This document shows, piece after piece, positions 45,981 through 59,197 of a stretch of DNA of 64,000 bases. Each line of letters opens with the position of its first letter. Position 1 is the first letter of the stretch. Origin of the DNA: Eledone cirrhosa (taxonomy: Eukaryota); contig OZ024742.1 in the NCBI GenBank assembly GCA_964016885.1, forward strand, positions 207,328,001-207,392,000, read 5' to 3'. The notes under the pieces were generated by a model, which was not told where the DNA came from, did no database searches, and worked only from the letters and a program-made list of their open reading frames with translations. The position numbers were made by a program, and so were the translations under genes.

Positions 45981-46429
45981 TATGTATATATATTGTGTTT
46001 ATTTATATGTTTGTATTTGAGTACATGCATGTGTATATACGTGTATATATGTGTACATATATATATATATATGTGTATATGCATTTATATCTGTGTGTAT
46101 GCGTGTGTATATGGATATGTATATAAGTATAAGAGTGTGTGTTTGTGTGAGCGTGTCGGAGTGAGGGCTTATATGTGTGCGTGTGTGAGTGTGTTTGTAG
46201 ACACCTGACTATAGCAATTGTTAGCTTATGTGAGCTTTAAAAATCAAGAGTGGCGCCCCCAGCGTGAACATGTCAATAGAATTCTTTCTGCCTTTGTTAC
46301 TCTAAACATAGTTTTTAAAGAATTCCCTTTTCTTTAAACCCATCAACCATTGACCTCTACCCTTTCCAATCACCACGCCCTCCTACCACCAGAAAATATA
46401 TAAATACCATCATATTACTTGGACAGTCC

Positions 46430-46478
46430 GCTTGCTGATGATTACTCCCGAATGAAACAGATCTAGTTCTGAAGAAGC
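46430..46478 (+). ncRNA. Decayed hammerhead, same family as 47346 and 55480
   Basis: gcttg-CTGATGA-ttactcccgaat-GAA-ACAG atctagtt CTG-A-A-gaagc; U16.1 is mutated. 46205-46490 is homologous to 55240-55540. Confidence 0.5.
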
Positions 46479-46489
46479 CTTTTCTATAT

Positions 46490-46591
<102 letters not shown>

Positions 46592-47216
46592 TATATAGAT
46601 ATATCATAAATCTTGTCCTTAGAATTATTAGATAACATATATACCATTTCCTCTCCCAATTAGCATAATTAACCATATAAAAATCAATTAGACCAGGCTA
46701 TAAGAATAAACGCTCCTATGAAGAAATGTTCGACAAATAACCGAAAGCGGCCTCTTCGCGGTGACCCCTATATATATATATATGTATATATATGTGTGTT
46801 AAGTATTTCTGAAGAAAAAGCAAAGGAAAAAAGAGTGCTCTATGTATAAAACAGAGCTATTTAATTAGAAAGTGAACAACGCAATATATAACTACTCCAT
46901 TACAAAGGTTTCAGGACCCTAGACATTATTAACATACGTCTAGTTCGCTCATCATACAGACAGGTTATGAATATATGAAAATATGAAATGAGTTTGAAAA
47001 TCTATTAAAATTGAAAGTGAAGCTGGAAAATTTAACGGAATAAGAAAGAAAATATATAAAAAAATTATTATATAAAAAATTATAAAGTTATAAATATTAT
47101 GAAGCACATGTGTACATACACACACACATATATATATATACGCATTCAGATATAAGTAAAAAAGTATATATATATATATATATATATATAGTTATATACT
47201 GTGTTCACTTTCTAAT

Positions 47217-47263
<47 letters not shown>

Positions 47264-47345
47264 GTTATTCCGGGTTGAATCGGAGGTAACCACAGTAAGT
47301 AAGGTACTCAATACATAGCAGAGTATAACAGTTTTAATATAGATG

Positions 47346-47396
47346 AGATTCTACAGGACTAGAACTGTTTCATTCATTAGAAATCATCAGGAATCT
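47346..47396 (-). ncRNA. Type I hammerhead ribozyme
   Basis: Reverse complement: agattc-CTGATGA-tttc taat gaat-GAA-ACAG ttctagtc CTGT-A-gaatct; 6-bp stem I, 4-bp stem III, GUA triplet. Confidence 0.85.
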
Positions 47397-47706
47397 GGGT
47401 ATCAAACTCTCTGAACACTGCCCGAACTGCATGCACAAGAACTTTGCAACTTTCAAACACTTTAAGCCAGTGTTAAAGCCCGATGGCTAAAAACGACCTC
47501 CCCCTATTGGCCCCTATACCTCCTCCCCAACCTGCCCCCACCCCTCCTCAACCTGAAATACGGCCACTATGGTTATGTGAGTACCTCTTTCGTATCTACA
47601 TTTTCTGCTTGTAGAGGTGTCTTTATGTGCCTGCGTATATGCGTATATTTATTGAGTACCTATTTATTTGTATGTGTATATATTTGTTTGTATGTGTGTA
47701 TATGTA

Positions 47707-47773
<67 letters not shown>

Positions 47774-48032
47774 TTGTGTGTATATGTGTTTTATGAGTGT
47801 ATATTTATGTATGTATATGTATGTATATATGTGTATGTATATGTATATATATGTATATGTGTGTATATGTGTATGTATGTATGTATGTATGTATGTGTAT
47901 GTATGTATGTATGTTTATGTATATGTGTGTGTATGTATGTGTATGTGTATGTGTATATATGTATATATATGTATATATATATATATATATATGTATATGT
48001 ATGTATATGTATATATGTATATATATATATAA

Positions 48033-48066
<34 letters not shown>

Positions 48067-48081
48067 GTATGTATGTGTGTG

Positions 48082-48132
<51 letters not shown>

Positions 48133-48180
48133 TTGTGTGGGCAGGTGTGTATATATATATATATGTGTGTGTGTGTATTT

Positions 48181-48247
<67 letters not shown>

Positions 48248-48252
48248 TATAT

Positions 48253-51200
48253 AAATTGGAATAAATGCTCTGAAATAGCGATATATATGTGAATATAGAC
48301 ATAGAATATTCGAAAATATTCTGTATGTTTATAATAAACATTTTGAAGACCTAATCGCTATAGAATAGAATACGTCACGTATTACAATTAGATTCTCGAT
48401 AAAAGCAAGGGAAGTAATCTACGCGTTTCATTCTTGTTAGAAATCATCAGGACTACATATCCAGTGCTTTTATCGAGAATGACAGCTAGAGACTTATAGA
48501 ATACTTAGCTGTGTACAGGAACTGGTTTGAAAGAGCGGTTGCCGGTCCGGCAGAAATTAGAAATTGGAATAAATGCTCTGAAATAGCGATATATATGTGA
48601 ATATAGACATAGAATATTCGAAAATATTCTGTATGTTTATAATAAACATTTTGAAGACCTAATCGCTATAGAATAGAATACGTCACGTATTACAATTAGA
48701 TTCTCGATAAAAGCAAGGGAAGTAATCTACGCGTTTCATTCTTGTTAGAAATCATCAGGACTACATATCCAGTGCTTTTATCGAGAATGACACAGCTAGA
48801 GACTTATAGAATACTTAGCTGTGTACAGGAACTGGTTTGAAAGAGCGGTTGCCGGTCCGGCAGAAATTAGAAATTGGAATAAATGCTCTGAAATAGCGAT
48901 ATATATGTGAATATAGACATAGAATATTCGAAAATATTCTGTATGTTTATAATAAACATTTTGAAGACCTAATCGCTATAGAATAGAATACGTCACGTAT
49001 TACAATTAGATTCTCGATAAAAGCAAGGGAAGTAATCTACGCGTTTCATTCTTGTTAGAAATCATCAGGACTACATATCCAGTGCTTTTATCGAGAATGA
49101 CACAGCTAGAGACTTATAGAATACTTAGCTGTGTACAGGAACTGGTTTGAAAGAGCGGTTGCCGGTCCGGCAGAAATTAGAAATTGGAATAAATGCTCTG
49201 AAATAGCGATATATATGTGAATATAGACATAGAATATTCGAAAATATTCTGTATGTTTATAATAAACATTTTGAAGACCTAATCGCTATAGAATAGAATA
49301 CGTCACGTATTACAATTAGATTCTCGATAAAAGCAAGGGAAGTAATCTACGCGTTTCATTCTTGTTAGAAATCATCAGGACTACATATCCAGTGCTTTTA
49401 TCGAGAATGACACAGCTAGAGACTTATAGAATACTTAGCTGTGTACAGGAACTGGTTTGAAAGAGCGGTTGCCGGTCCGGCAGAAATTAGAAATTGGAAT
49501 AAATGCTCTGAAATAGCGATATATATGTGAATATAGACATAGAATATTCGAAAATATTCTGTATGTTTATAATAAACATTTTGAAGACCTAATCGCTATA
49601 GAATAGAATACGTCACGTATTACAATTAGATTCTCGATAAAAGCAAGGGAAGTAATCTACGCGTTTCATTCTTGTTAGAAATCATCAGGACTACATATCC
49701 AGTGCTTTTATCGAGAATGACACAGCTAGAGACTTATAGAATACTTAGCTGTGTACAGGAACTGGTTTGAAAGAGCGGTTGCCGGTCCGGCAGAAATTAG
49801 AAATTGGAATAAATGCTCTGAAATAGCGATATATATGTGAATATAGACATAGAATATTCGAAAATATTCTGTATGTTTATAATAAACATTTTGAAGACCT
49901 GATCGCTATAGAATAGAATACGTCACGTATTACAATTAGATTCTCGATAAAAGCAAGGGAAGTAATCTACGCGTTTCATTCTTGTTAGAAATCATCAGGA
50001 CTACATATCCAGTGCTTTTATCGAGAATGACACAGCTAAAGACTTATAGAATACTTAGCTGTGTACAGGAACTGGTTTGAAAGAGCGGTTGCCGGTCCGG
50101 CAGAAATTAGAAATTGGAATAAATGCTCTGAAATAGCGATATATATGTGAATATAGACATAGAATATTCGAAAATATTCTGTATGTTTATAATAAACATT
50201 TTGAAGACCTAATCGCTATAGAATAGAATACGTCACGTATTACAATTAGATTCTCGATAAAAGCAAGGGAAGTAATCTACGCGTTTCATTCTTGTTAGAA
50301 ATCATCAGGACTACATATCCAGTGCTTTTATCGAGAATGACACAGCTAGAGACTTATAGAATACTTAGCTGTGTACAGGAACTGGTTTGAAAGAGCGGTT
50401 GCCGGTCCGGCAGAAATTAGAAATTGGAATAAATGCTCTGAAATAGCGATATATATGTGAATATAGACATAGAATATTCGAAAATATTCTGTATGTTTAT
50501 AATAAACATTTTGAAGACCTAATCGCTATAGAATAGAATACGTCACGTATTACAATTAGATTCTCGATAAAAGCAAGGGAAGTAATCTACGCGTTTCATT
50601 CTTGTTAGAAATCATCAGGACTACATATCCAGTGCTTTTATCGAGAATGACACAGCTAGAGACTTATAGAATACTTAGCTGTGTACAGGAACTGGTTTGA
50701 AAGAGCGGTTGCCGGTCCGGCAGAAATTAGAAATTGGAATAAATGCTCTGAAATAGCGATATATATGTGAATATAGACATAGAATATTCGAAAATATTCT
50801 GTATGTTTATAATAAACATTTTGAAGACCTAATCGCTATAGAATAGAATACGTCACGTATTACAATTAGATTCTCGATAAAAGCAAGGGAAGTAATCTAC
50901 GCGTTTCATTCTTGTTAGAAATCATCAGGACTACATATCCAGTGCTTTTATCGAGAATGACACAGCTAGAGACTTATAGAATACTTAGCTGTGTACAGGA
51001 ACTGGTTTGAAAGAGCGGTTGCCGGTCCGGCAGAAATTAGAAATTGGAATAAATGCTCTGAAATAGCGATATATATGTGAATATAGACATAGAATATTCG
51101 AAAATATTCTGTATGTTTATAATAAACATTTTGAAGACCTAATCGCTATAGAATAGAATACGTCACGTATTACAATTAGATTCTCGATAAAAGCAAGGGA

Positions 51201-51553
51201 AGTAATCTACGCGTTTCATTCTTGTTAGAAATCATCAGGACTACATATCCAGTGCTTTTATCGAGAATGACACAGCTAGAGACTTATAGAATACTTAGCT
51301 GTGTACAGGAACTGGTTTGAAAGAGCGGTTGCCGGTCCGGCAGAAATTAGAAATTGGAATAAATGCTCTGAAATAGCGATATATATGTGAATATAGACAT
51401 AGAATATTCGAAAATATTCTGTATGTTTATAATAAACATTTTGAAGACCTAATCGCTATAGAATAGAATACGTCACGTATTACAATTAGATTCTCGATAA
51501 AAGCAAGGGAAGTAATCTACGCGTTTCATTCTTGTTAGAAATCATCAGGACTA
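48253..51553 (-). repeat. 310-bp tandem array, left arm (~10.6 units), HHR on the minus strand; retrozyme-like
   Basis: Units start at 48253, 48561 and then every 310 bp to 51351; HHR for example at 48414-48456. Confidence 0.95.
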
Positions 51554-53115
51554 TGTCTATATTCACATATATATCGCTATTTTAGAGCATTTATTCCAAT
51601 TTCTAATTTCTGCCGGACCGGCAACCGCTCTTTCAAACCAGTTCCTGTACACAGCTAAGTATTCTATAAGTCTCTAGCTGTGTCATTCTCGATAAAAGCA
51701 CTGGATATGTAGTCCTGATGATTTCTAACAAGAATGAAACGCGTAGATTACTTCCCTTGCTTTTATCGAGAATCTAATTGTAATACGTGACGTATTCTAT
51801 TCTATAGCGATTAGGTCTTCAAAATGTTTATTATAAACATACAGAATATTTTCGAATATTCTATGTCTATATTCACATATATATCGCTATTTCAGAGCAT
51901 TTATTCCAATTTCTAATTTCTGCCGGACCGGCAACCGCTCTTTCAAACCAGTTCCTGTACACAGCTAAGTATTCTATAAGTCTCTAGCTGTGTCATTCTC
52001 GATAAAAGCACTGGATATGTAGTCCTGATGATTTCTAACAAGAATGAAACGCGTAGATTACTTCCCTTGCTTTTATCGAGAATCTAATTGTAATACGTGA
52101 CGTATTCTATTCTATAGCGATTAGGTCTTCAAAATGTTTATTATAAACATACAGAATATTTTCGAATATTCTATGTCTATATTCACATATATATCGCTAT
52201 TTCAGAGCATTTATTCCAATTTCTAATTTCTGCCGGACCGGCAACCGCTCTTTCAAACCAGTTCCTGTACACAGCTAAGTATTCTATAAGTCTCTAGCTG
52301 TGTCATTCTCGATAAAAGCACTGGATATGTAGTCCTGATGATTTCTAACAAGAATGAAACGCGTAGATTACTTCCCTTGCTTTTATCGAGAATCTAATTG
52401 TAATACGTGACGTATTCTATTCTATAGCGATTAGGTCTTCAAAATGTTTATTATAAACATACAGAATATTTTCGAATATTCTATGTCTATATTCACATAT
52501 ATATCGCTATTTCAGAGCATTTATTCCAATTTCTAATTTCTGCCGGACCGGCAACCGCTCTTTCAAACCAGTTCCTGTACACAGCTAAGTATTCTATAAG
52601 TCTCTAGCTGTGTCATTCTCGATAAAAGCACTGGATATGTAGTCCTGATGATTTCTAACAAGAATGAAACGCGTAGATTACTTCCCTTGCTTTTATCGAG
52701 AATCTAATTGTAATACGTGACGTATTCTATTCTATAGCGATTAGGTCTTCAAAATGTTTATTATAAACATACAGAATATTTTCGAATATTCTATGTCTAT
52801 ATTCACATATATATCGCTATTTCAGAGCATTTATTCCAATTTCTAATTTCTGCCGGACCGGCAACCGCTCTTTCAAACCAGTTCCTGTACACAGCTAAGT
52901 ATTCTATAAGTCTCTAGCTGTGTCATTCTCGATAAAAGCACTGGATATGTAGTCCTGATGATTTCTAACAAGAATGAAACGCGTAGATTACTTCCCTTGC
53001 TTTTATCGAGAATCTAATTGTAATACGTGACGTATTCTATTCTATAGCGATTAGGTCTTCAAAATGTTTATTATAAACATACAGAATATTTTCGAATATT
53101 CTATGTCTATATTCA
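51551..53115 (+). repeat. 310-bp tandem array, inverted right arm (5 units), HHR on the plus strand
   Basis: ctatgtctat at 51551, 51861, 52171, 52481, 52791 and 53101. Confidence 0.95.
51709..51751 (+). ncRNA. Minimal type I hammerhead ribozyme (representative of 16 array copies)
   Basis: gtagtc-CTGATGA-t ttct aaca agaa t-GAA-ACGCGT-A-gattac; stem I 6 bp (1 G-U), extended past an internal loop by attctcgataaaagca/tgcttttatcgagaat (16 bp); predicted cut after 51745. Confidence 0.85.
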
Positions 53116-53271
53116 TATATATATATATATATATATGTGTGTGTATATATGTGTATATATATATATGTGTGTGTGTATGTGTGTGTATATATATATGTGT
53201 GTGCATATATATACATATATATATATATATATGTCTGTGTATTTGTATGTGTGTATATGTGTATATGTGTG

Positions 53272-53345
<74 letters not shown>

Positions 53346-53551
53346 CGCGAGAGAGAGAGTGTGTATATATATTTGTGTGTGTGTGTGAGTGTATGTGTGT
53401 ATGCGCGTGTGTGTATATATATATATATGTATATATTTATTTATATATATATATGTATATGTGTGTGTATATATGCGTTATATGTCTGTATATATATGTG
53501 TATTTTTATGTATAGGTCTGTGTATGTATGTGTATGTTTGTATATGTATGG

Positions 53552-53585
<34 letters not shown>

Positions 53586-53612
53586 ATAGATATTTATACA
53601 TATGCATGTGTA

Positions 53613-53647
<35 letters not shown>

Positions 53648-53726
53648 GTGTGTATATATATATGTGCGTGCGCGTGTATATATATATATATGTGTGTGTA
53701 TTTGTATGTATATATATATACATATA

Positions 53727-53795
<69 letters not shown>

Positions 53796-53913
53796 ATGTC
53801 TATGCGTATGTATGTATGTGTATATATGTGTGTGTGTATGTGTGTGTATATGTGTATATATAATATGTATATGTGTGTGTAGATATATGTATGTATATGT
53901 GTATATATGTATA

Positions 53914-53956
<43 letters not shown>

Positions 53957-54034
53957 GTGTATATATGTATGTACATGCGTGTATATATGTGTGTATATAT
54001 ATGTTTATATGTATGTATGTGTATATGTGTGTTT

Positions 54035-54088
<54 letters not shown>

Positions 54089-54093
54089 GTATG

Positions 54094-54146
<53 letters not shown>

Positions 54147-54277
54147 GTGTGTGTGTGTGTGTATGTATATATGTATATATACATATATATATGTGTATGT
54201 GTGTGTATGTATGTGTGTATATATATATATATATATGTATATGTGTGGGTGTGTGTATATATGTGTGTATGTATATA

Positions 54278-54346
<69 letters not shown>

Positions 54347-54347
54347 A

Positions 54348-54388
<41 letters not shown>

Positions 54389-54475
54389 GTGTATATATAT
54401 ATATATATATGTATGTATGGTGCTTTTTCCTTATATATGTGTATGTATGTGTATGTGTGTGTATATATGTATGTG

Positions 54476-54568
<93 letters not shown>

Positions 54569-54617
54569 GTATGTGTATGTATGTGTGTGTGTGTGTTTGT
54601 ATGTGTATATATTTGTT

Positions 54618-54666
<49 letters not shown>

Positions 54667-54807
54667 ATGTATGTATATATGTATGTGGTTATATATATGA
54701 ATGTATATATATATATATATATATGTATATGTATATATATGTGTGTGTGTGTTTGTGTGTATGTGTGTTTACATGTATATATATGTGTGCGTATGTATGT
54801 ATATATA

Positions 54808-54874
<67 letters not shown>

Positions 54875-54990
54875 GTATGTATGTATGTATGTGTGTATGT
54901 ATGTGTGTGTACATGAACATATTTTTATATATGTGTGTGTGTTTTTATGTGTGTATATGTGTTTGTGTGTGTGTTTATGGTTGCGCGTAA
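53115..54990. repeat. ~1.9-kb compound (TA)n/(TG)n/(TATG)n microsatellite
   Basis: Directly visible; a similar tract lies at 47660-48252. Confidence 0.97.
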
Positions 54991-55479
54991 GTGTGTGAGC
55001 GATTATGTGTTTTTTTGTTTTTTTGTGAATGTGTCTGTTGATTTTTGGCATATAGTTGATTAGTTTAAGAGAAGTTCGAGGATAATAGTAAGATATGCAC
55101 TCAGTATTTTGAATCTGTCTGCAGAATTCTCTAGACCTTTGTCACTTAGTAGAACCTTAATGATTTTAGCTTTTAAAGAATCTCCCTTTTCTTTAATTCT
55201 ATCGACCATGACTGACCCCCCACTGACTTTATAGACATCTGTTAGCTTAAGAGAAACTTATTGACAAGGAATGGTATGCCATCCGGAACCTGTTTATAGA
55301 ATTCTGTCTGCCCTTGTTACTCTAAAAACATAAATAAATAAAAATAAACTATAGCTTTGTAGAATTAGCTTTTAATGAATTCCCTTTTCTATCAACCAAT
55401 GACCTGCACCCATCCCACTCCCCACCCTCTCCTACCACTTGTAGAGACCTATAAATACCATATTTATTTTTTGATACCC

Positions 55480-55530
55480 AGATTCCTGATGATTTCTAAT
55501 GAATGAAACAGTTCTAGTCCTGTAGAATCT
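55480..55530 (+). ncRNA. Type I hammerhead ribozyme
   Basis: agattc-CTGATGA-tttctaatgaat-GAA-ACAGttctagtcCTGT-A-gaatct; exact inverted copy of 47346-47396. Confidence 0.85.
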
Positions 55531-55534
55531 CATC

Positions 55535-55575
<41 letters not shown>

Positions 55576-55589
55576 ATGTGGACAACGTG

Positions 55590-57330
55590 AGAAGATTTCA
55601 TTTCCTGAATTTAGGCAATCGCTATTGCTTAATCTCCTTAGAATATTTATCCTTTCTTGAATACACAGTCCACAAGACGGATTGCCCCTAGGTATGGCTT
55701 GGACCTAATGATGGCTTTCCAATGAATGGATTAGTCTATACCTGAGTCCTTGAGCGACCATACGTGGCTCACGTGATTCGTGGATGATCGTTTGTCCGGG
55801 TACCTAAAGGACTGTTGGTGATGTGGGCTTTCATATTCTTAGCGGAGGAGTACCCTAGTTTTACTCTGTGTCTGTTAATGATGGAGCGGTATTTGTGAGC
55901 TATGGGAAAGTGTCTATCTAAGAGGGCTAAACATTTTTCTCCATTAGTTTTAACGTTGAGTGAGAAGGGAGAAGAGAACCAGATAGTTTATCTATTGTTA
56001 CGATTTCTTTTTTTATTTCTGTTGCTGTTAGTGGGGGAGTAAGTAATTGGTTGCGAGAAGCCGCTGTTAGCTAACGCCGTGTTATAATAGGGTGCCGCTC
56101 TGTCAAAGATAACCTTATTAGAGGAGAGGTTAGAGATTCTAGTACTGATATTATTTACGAAGTTTCTAAAAACAATAAGATCTGACATGAGTCCTTGTGT
56201 ATGCAATTAAGTTTTTCGTTTAGCTTATGGAATGGTGTGAAGGTATGTGTGCGAAGGTCTAAATTAATGTTTAAGTAATCTACGCTAGAGCGGTTGGTAG
56301 CTACTGTTATCCTAAGTCCTAACTCATTAAAGGTAGAAGTTACATTTTTTTAAACTGGTCCAGGTCGTGACCACTTTTATGGTTCGATAAGGTCAGGCCA
56401 TCTTCGCGGTATATTCCCGTGTGGAAGTCCGGGAATCTAACACGTAATATGTCTAAAATAAATAAGCCAACCAAGTCGCATACGTCAGCACTGTCAAGCG
56501 ATACCATGGAATGGTTGACATCTTTGTTCAGCCTACTCCGTTGTTGAAGAGGAGGTTTTCCGGCAGTGTGCGATGATTTCCCTGTCTAAAAAATGGATGA
56601 TAGTGTAAGTGGTAGCAAATTCCAATATTTTGTTTAACAGGGTTTCTGAGATCGACGGGTTGGACTTGGTCGTAATGGTCTTAACTATGTTACTAAGTAT
56701 AGCCTTACTGAATAGTCCCATTTCCGTGCATGTCGGGTTTAGTAGTCTATACGTGGGATTAGAAACACAGTCTATCTTGTGATCCTTCAGGGTGAGAAGC
56801 GCCTCACGCTTAGCAAAACCTTTTAGTTTCTTACCCACCTTAAGGGCGGCAGCAAGGTCTTTGGCTTCTGTATTGATGTCGTGGTAGGCTATAGGGTTAG
56901 CCTTCATATATTTAGAGGTTATAGGCTTATGTGCCAAGTGGCTGTAAGTAGTGTTGTCGACTTCATAAATATTATTGGTTTTGTCAGATAGAACGAAAGT
57001 GTTATTGGAAAACCTAAATTTCTTAATATCATTTCTAAGTTTACTTTGGAAGTTGTTAGAGTGTTTGCGAAAGGAAATGTTAGCGACTAAGTCAAGAAGG
57101 TCTATTTCGAAAGGAGTGAGTTCAATTACCTTAGGAGGGTAGGTTCTCGATTTCAGGTTGAACGTGTTCCTGATGCCTGTAATTTTGCCGTCAAAAGCTA
57201 GGGCTCGCCATCTTAAGCGTCTGACGACATCTTCCGCTTTTTGTAGGAGAAGCTTTAGGTAAACATGGTTGGAGGGAGTAGGAATATTATTCAGAGAGTA
57301 ATCCAGTTCGTATAAATCCATTCTGATGTT
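55590..57330 (-). pseudogene. Penelope-like element ORF (RT region), disrupted
   Basis: DYSLNNIPTPS...VVRRLRWRAL...LSDKTNNIY...LTLKDHK...NPTYRLLNP; RISNLSSNKVIFDRAAPYYNTALANSGF. Confidence 0.85.
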
Positions 57331-57435
57331 GGTGAGACACAAAGTTGTGTAGGACATGAGGATATAGAGAGCGCTCACAGGGTAGCAAGCCAAACTCTGA
57401 AGAGCGCTCACAGGTAGAAAGCCAAACTCTTCAGT

Positions 57436-57570
57436 CCGAGCTGAATATCCGCATAAGGTGAAACAATTGTTCTCGGTATGGTGAAGTAACTGAGTGTTAC
57501 TACTCCTACCAAACTCGTCCCATGAGCTGAGTGCTCTACCACTACGGATATTACCTTCCAGTGTTCTACC
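57436..57570 (+). mobile_element. Inverted PLE pseudo-LTR with a hammerhead motif (57436-57476)
   Basis: ccgag-CTGAATA-tccgcataaggt-GAA-ACAATTGT-T-ctcgg; perfect stem I, palindromic stem III, G8>U; opposite strand to the adjacent ORF. Confidence 0.7.
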
Positions 57571-57572
57571 TC

Positions 57573-57621
<49 letters not shown>

Positions 57622-57635
57622 CTCTCTCTCTCTCT

Positions 57636-57719
<84 letters not shown>

Positions 57720-58975
57720 GTGTGTGTGTGTACATCAATCTACTTGTCTAGTGCACTGTCAGTGATTCAATATTTTGCTTAGATGAACTGAAATAGTTTT
57801 CTCTAGGTTCATACGCGTCTATCTACTCTATAGCTCTTTGGATATATTTATTTATGTAACCTCACATACTGCTTAACATCCACTGAAACGTCAATTAACC
57901 TCATAAAACACGTACTGGCGAAGGAGCATTTATATTTAATGTTTCAAACCAATGAGAAACCTATGTTAGTGTGATCAACTTGAAGGAGAGCCAGAAGCTG
58001 AAAAATGACAAGGATCGTGCAGTACAACTAACTGGAAGAAGACAAAAAGAGACTTGAGAAGTAATTCGTGCAAAGCTTGAAGCAAAAACCTCAAAGTTTA
58101 TAGAAAGGAAATAGAAATAATTACTATCATTTTTGAACGGAACTGTGGCAATATATAAATTTATATATTCACTAAAAAAAATCTAAATTATACATAATCA
58201 CACACAACACATATCAACGCTCACATAATTAGGAATATATAGTCATACACACGCGCTATTTCTTTCTCTTATCTGCACTTACTTATATATGTTTAAGTAC
58301 ATGAATACACGTTTCTGTATCTATGAAAGCAGACAGTGTCCTCTACGACCAAACCATCATTGATTTACTTACCATCTATTTAGGTAGGATTGTTGAGGTA
58401 GAAAGAGAAGTACTTCCATTTCAAAACTTTCTTGGTAGATTGGTGAGAGTTGTGCTTATGGCACAAATAAAGGGACTTAATCTCACCTTGTATCTGTAGA
58501 CCAGGAGTACAGCTGGGAGAGGATATTTTTCCTTTGCAGCACAGTTAATTCTTTGACCCTATATTGTGGTCATCTTTTTGAGATAAATGTAAATTGTATA
58601 TACTATTACATATCCTCTATACCATTTCTATGCAAACCACTGCACCTTTATATAATTCGTCGCTGTAATGTACCCTCACCCACTGCCTTTATGGCAATAA
58701 TAGATAAATGATGACCCTTTTTCAGCTCGTAATGCTTCTTTCTATTCAAATCTACTTTGCATCATCCATTTCCTTTTACTTCTTCTATACACCTCTTTCA
58801 TTTTGTATCTAAAACCTAGTTTAGAAAGAAAAAAGCATGTTTACGTGAATTATATCCAGAAGGAGAGTGATACTATTTGTATTGTTTCATTAGACACATA
58901 ATGATATAATGTATGTATGTTTGTATGTATGTGTGTGTATATATATATATATAAATATATATATAAATATATATA

Positions 58976-59197
58976 TAATTACATAATAAACAACCCAATA
59001 TAATTATTCCATTACCAAAGGTTTCAGGAAACTAGCCGATCCTAACAGAAACGTCCAGAACGCTCATTAGATGAAATATTTATAATCAGATAAATATTTC
59101 ATCTGATGAGCTTACTGGACATTTCTGTTAGGATCGTCTAGTTTCTTGAAACTTTTGATAATGGAATAATTATAGTGTGTTGTTTATTATGTAATTA
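58976..59197. repeat. Imperfect hairpin made of two inverted HHR-bearing element ends
   Basis: The arms are reverse complements; their consensus is atttcat-CTGATGA-...-GAA-ACCtttGGT-A-atggaat. Related copies at ~19760-19930, 40522-40700 and ~46830-46970. Confidence 0.75.

Noticed and set aside
48253-53115. CRISPR array, rDNA/5S or tRNA cluster
   Set aside because: No variable spacers and no recognisable rRNA or tRNA motifs; the hammerhead fold explains the conserved structure better.
53064-55051. Long ORFs of 270-480 aa (YI/CV/HT-rich), and similar ORFs across the window
   Set aside because: Translations of (TA)n, (TG)n and (CA)n microsatellites, which lack stop codons.
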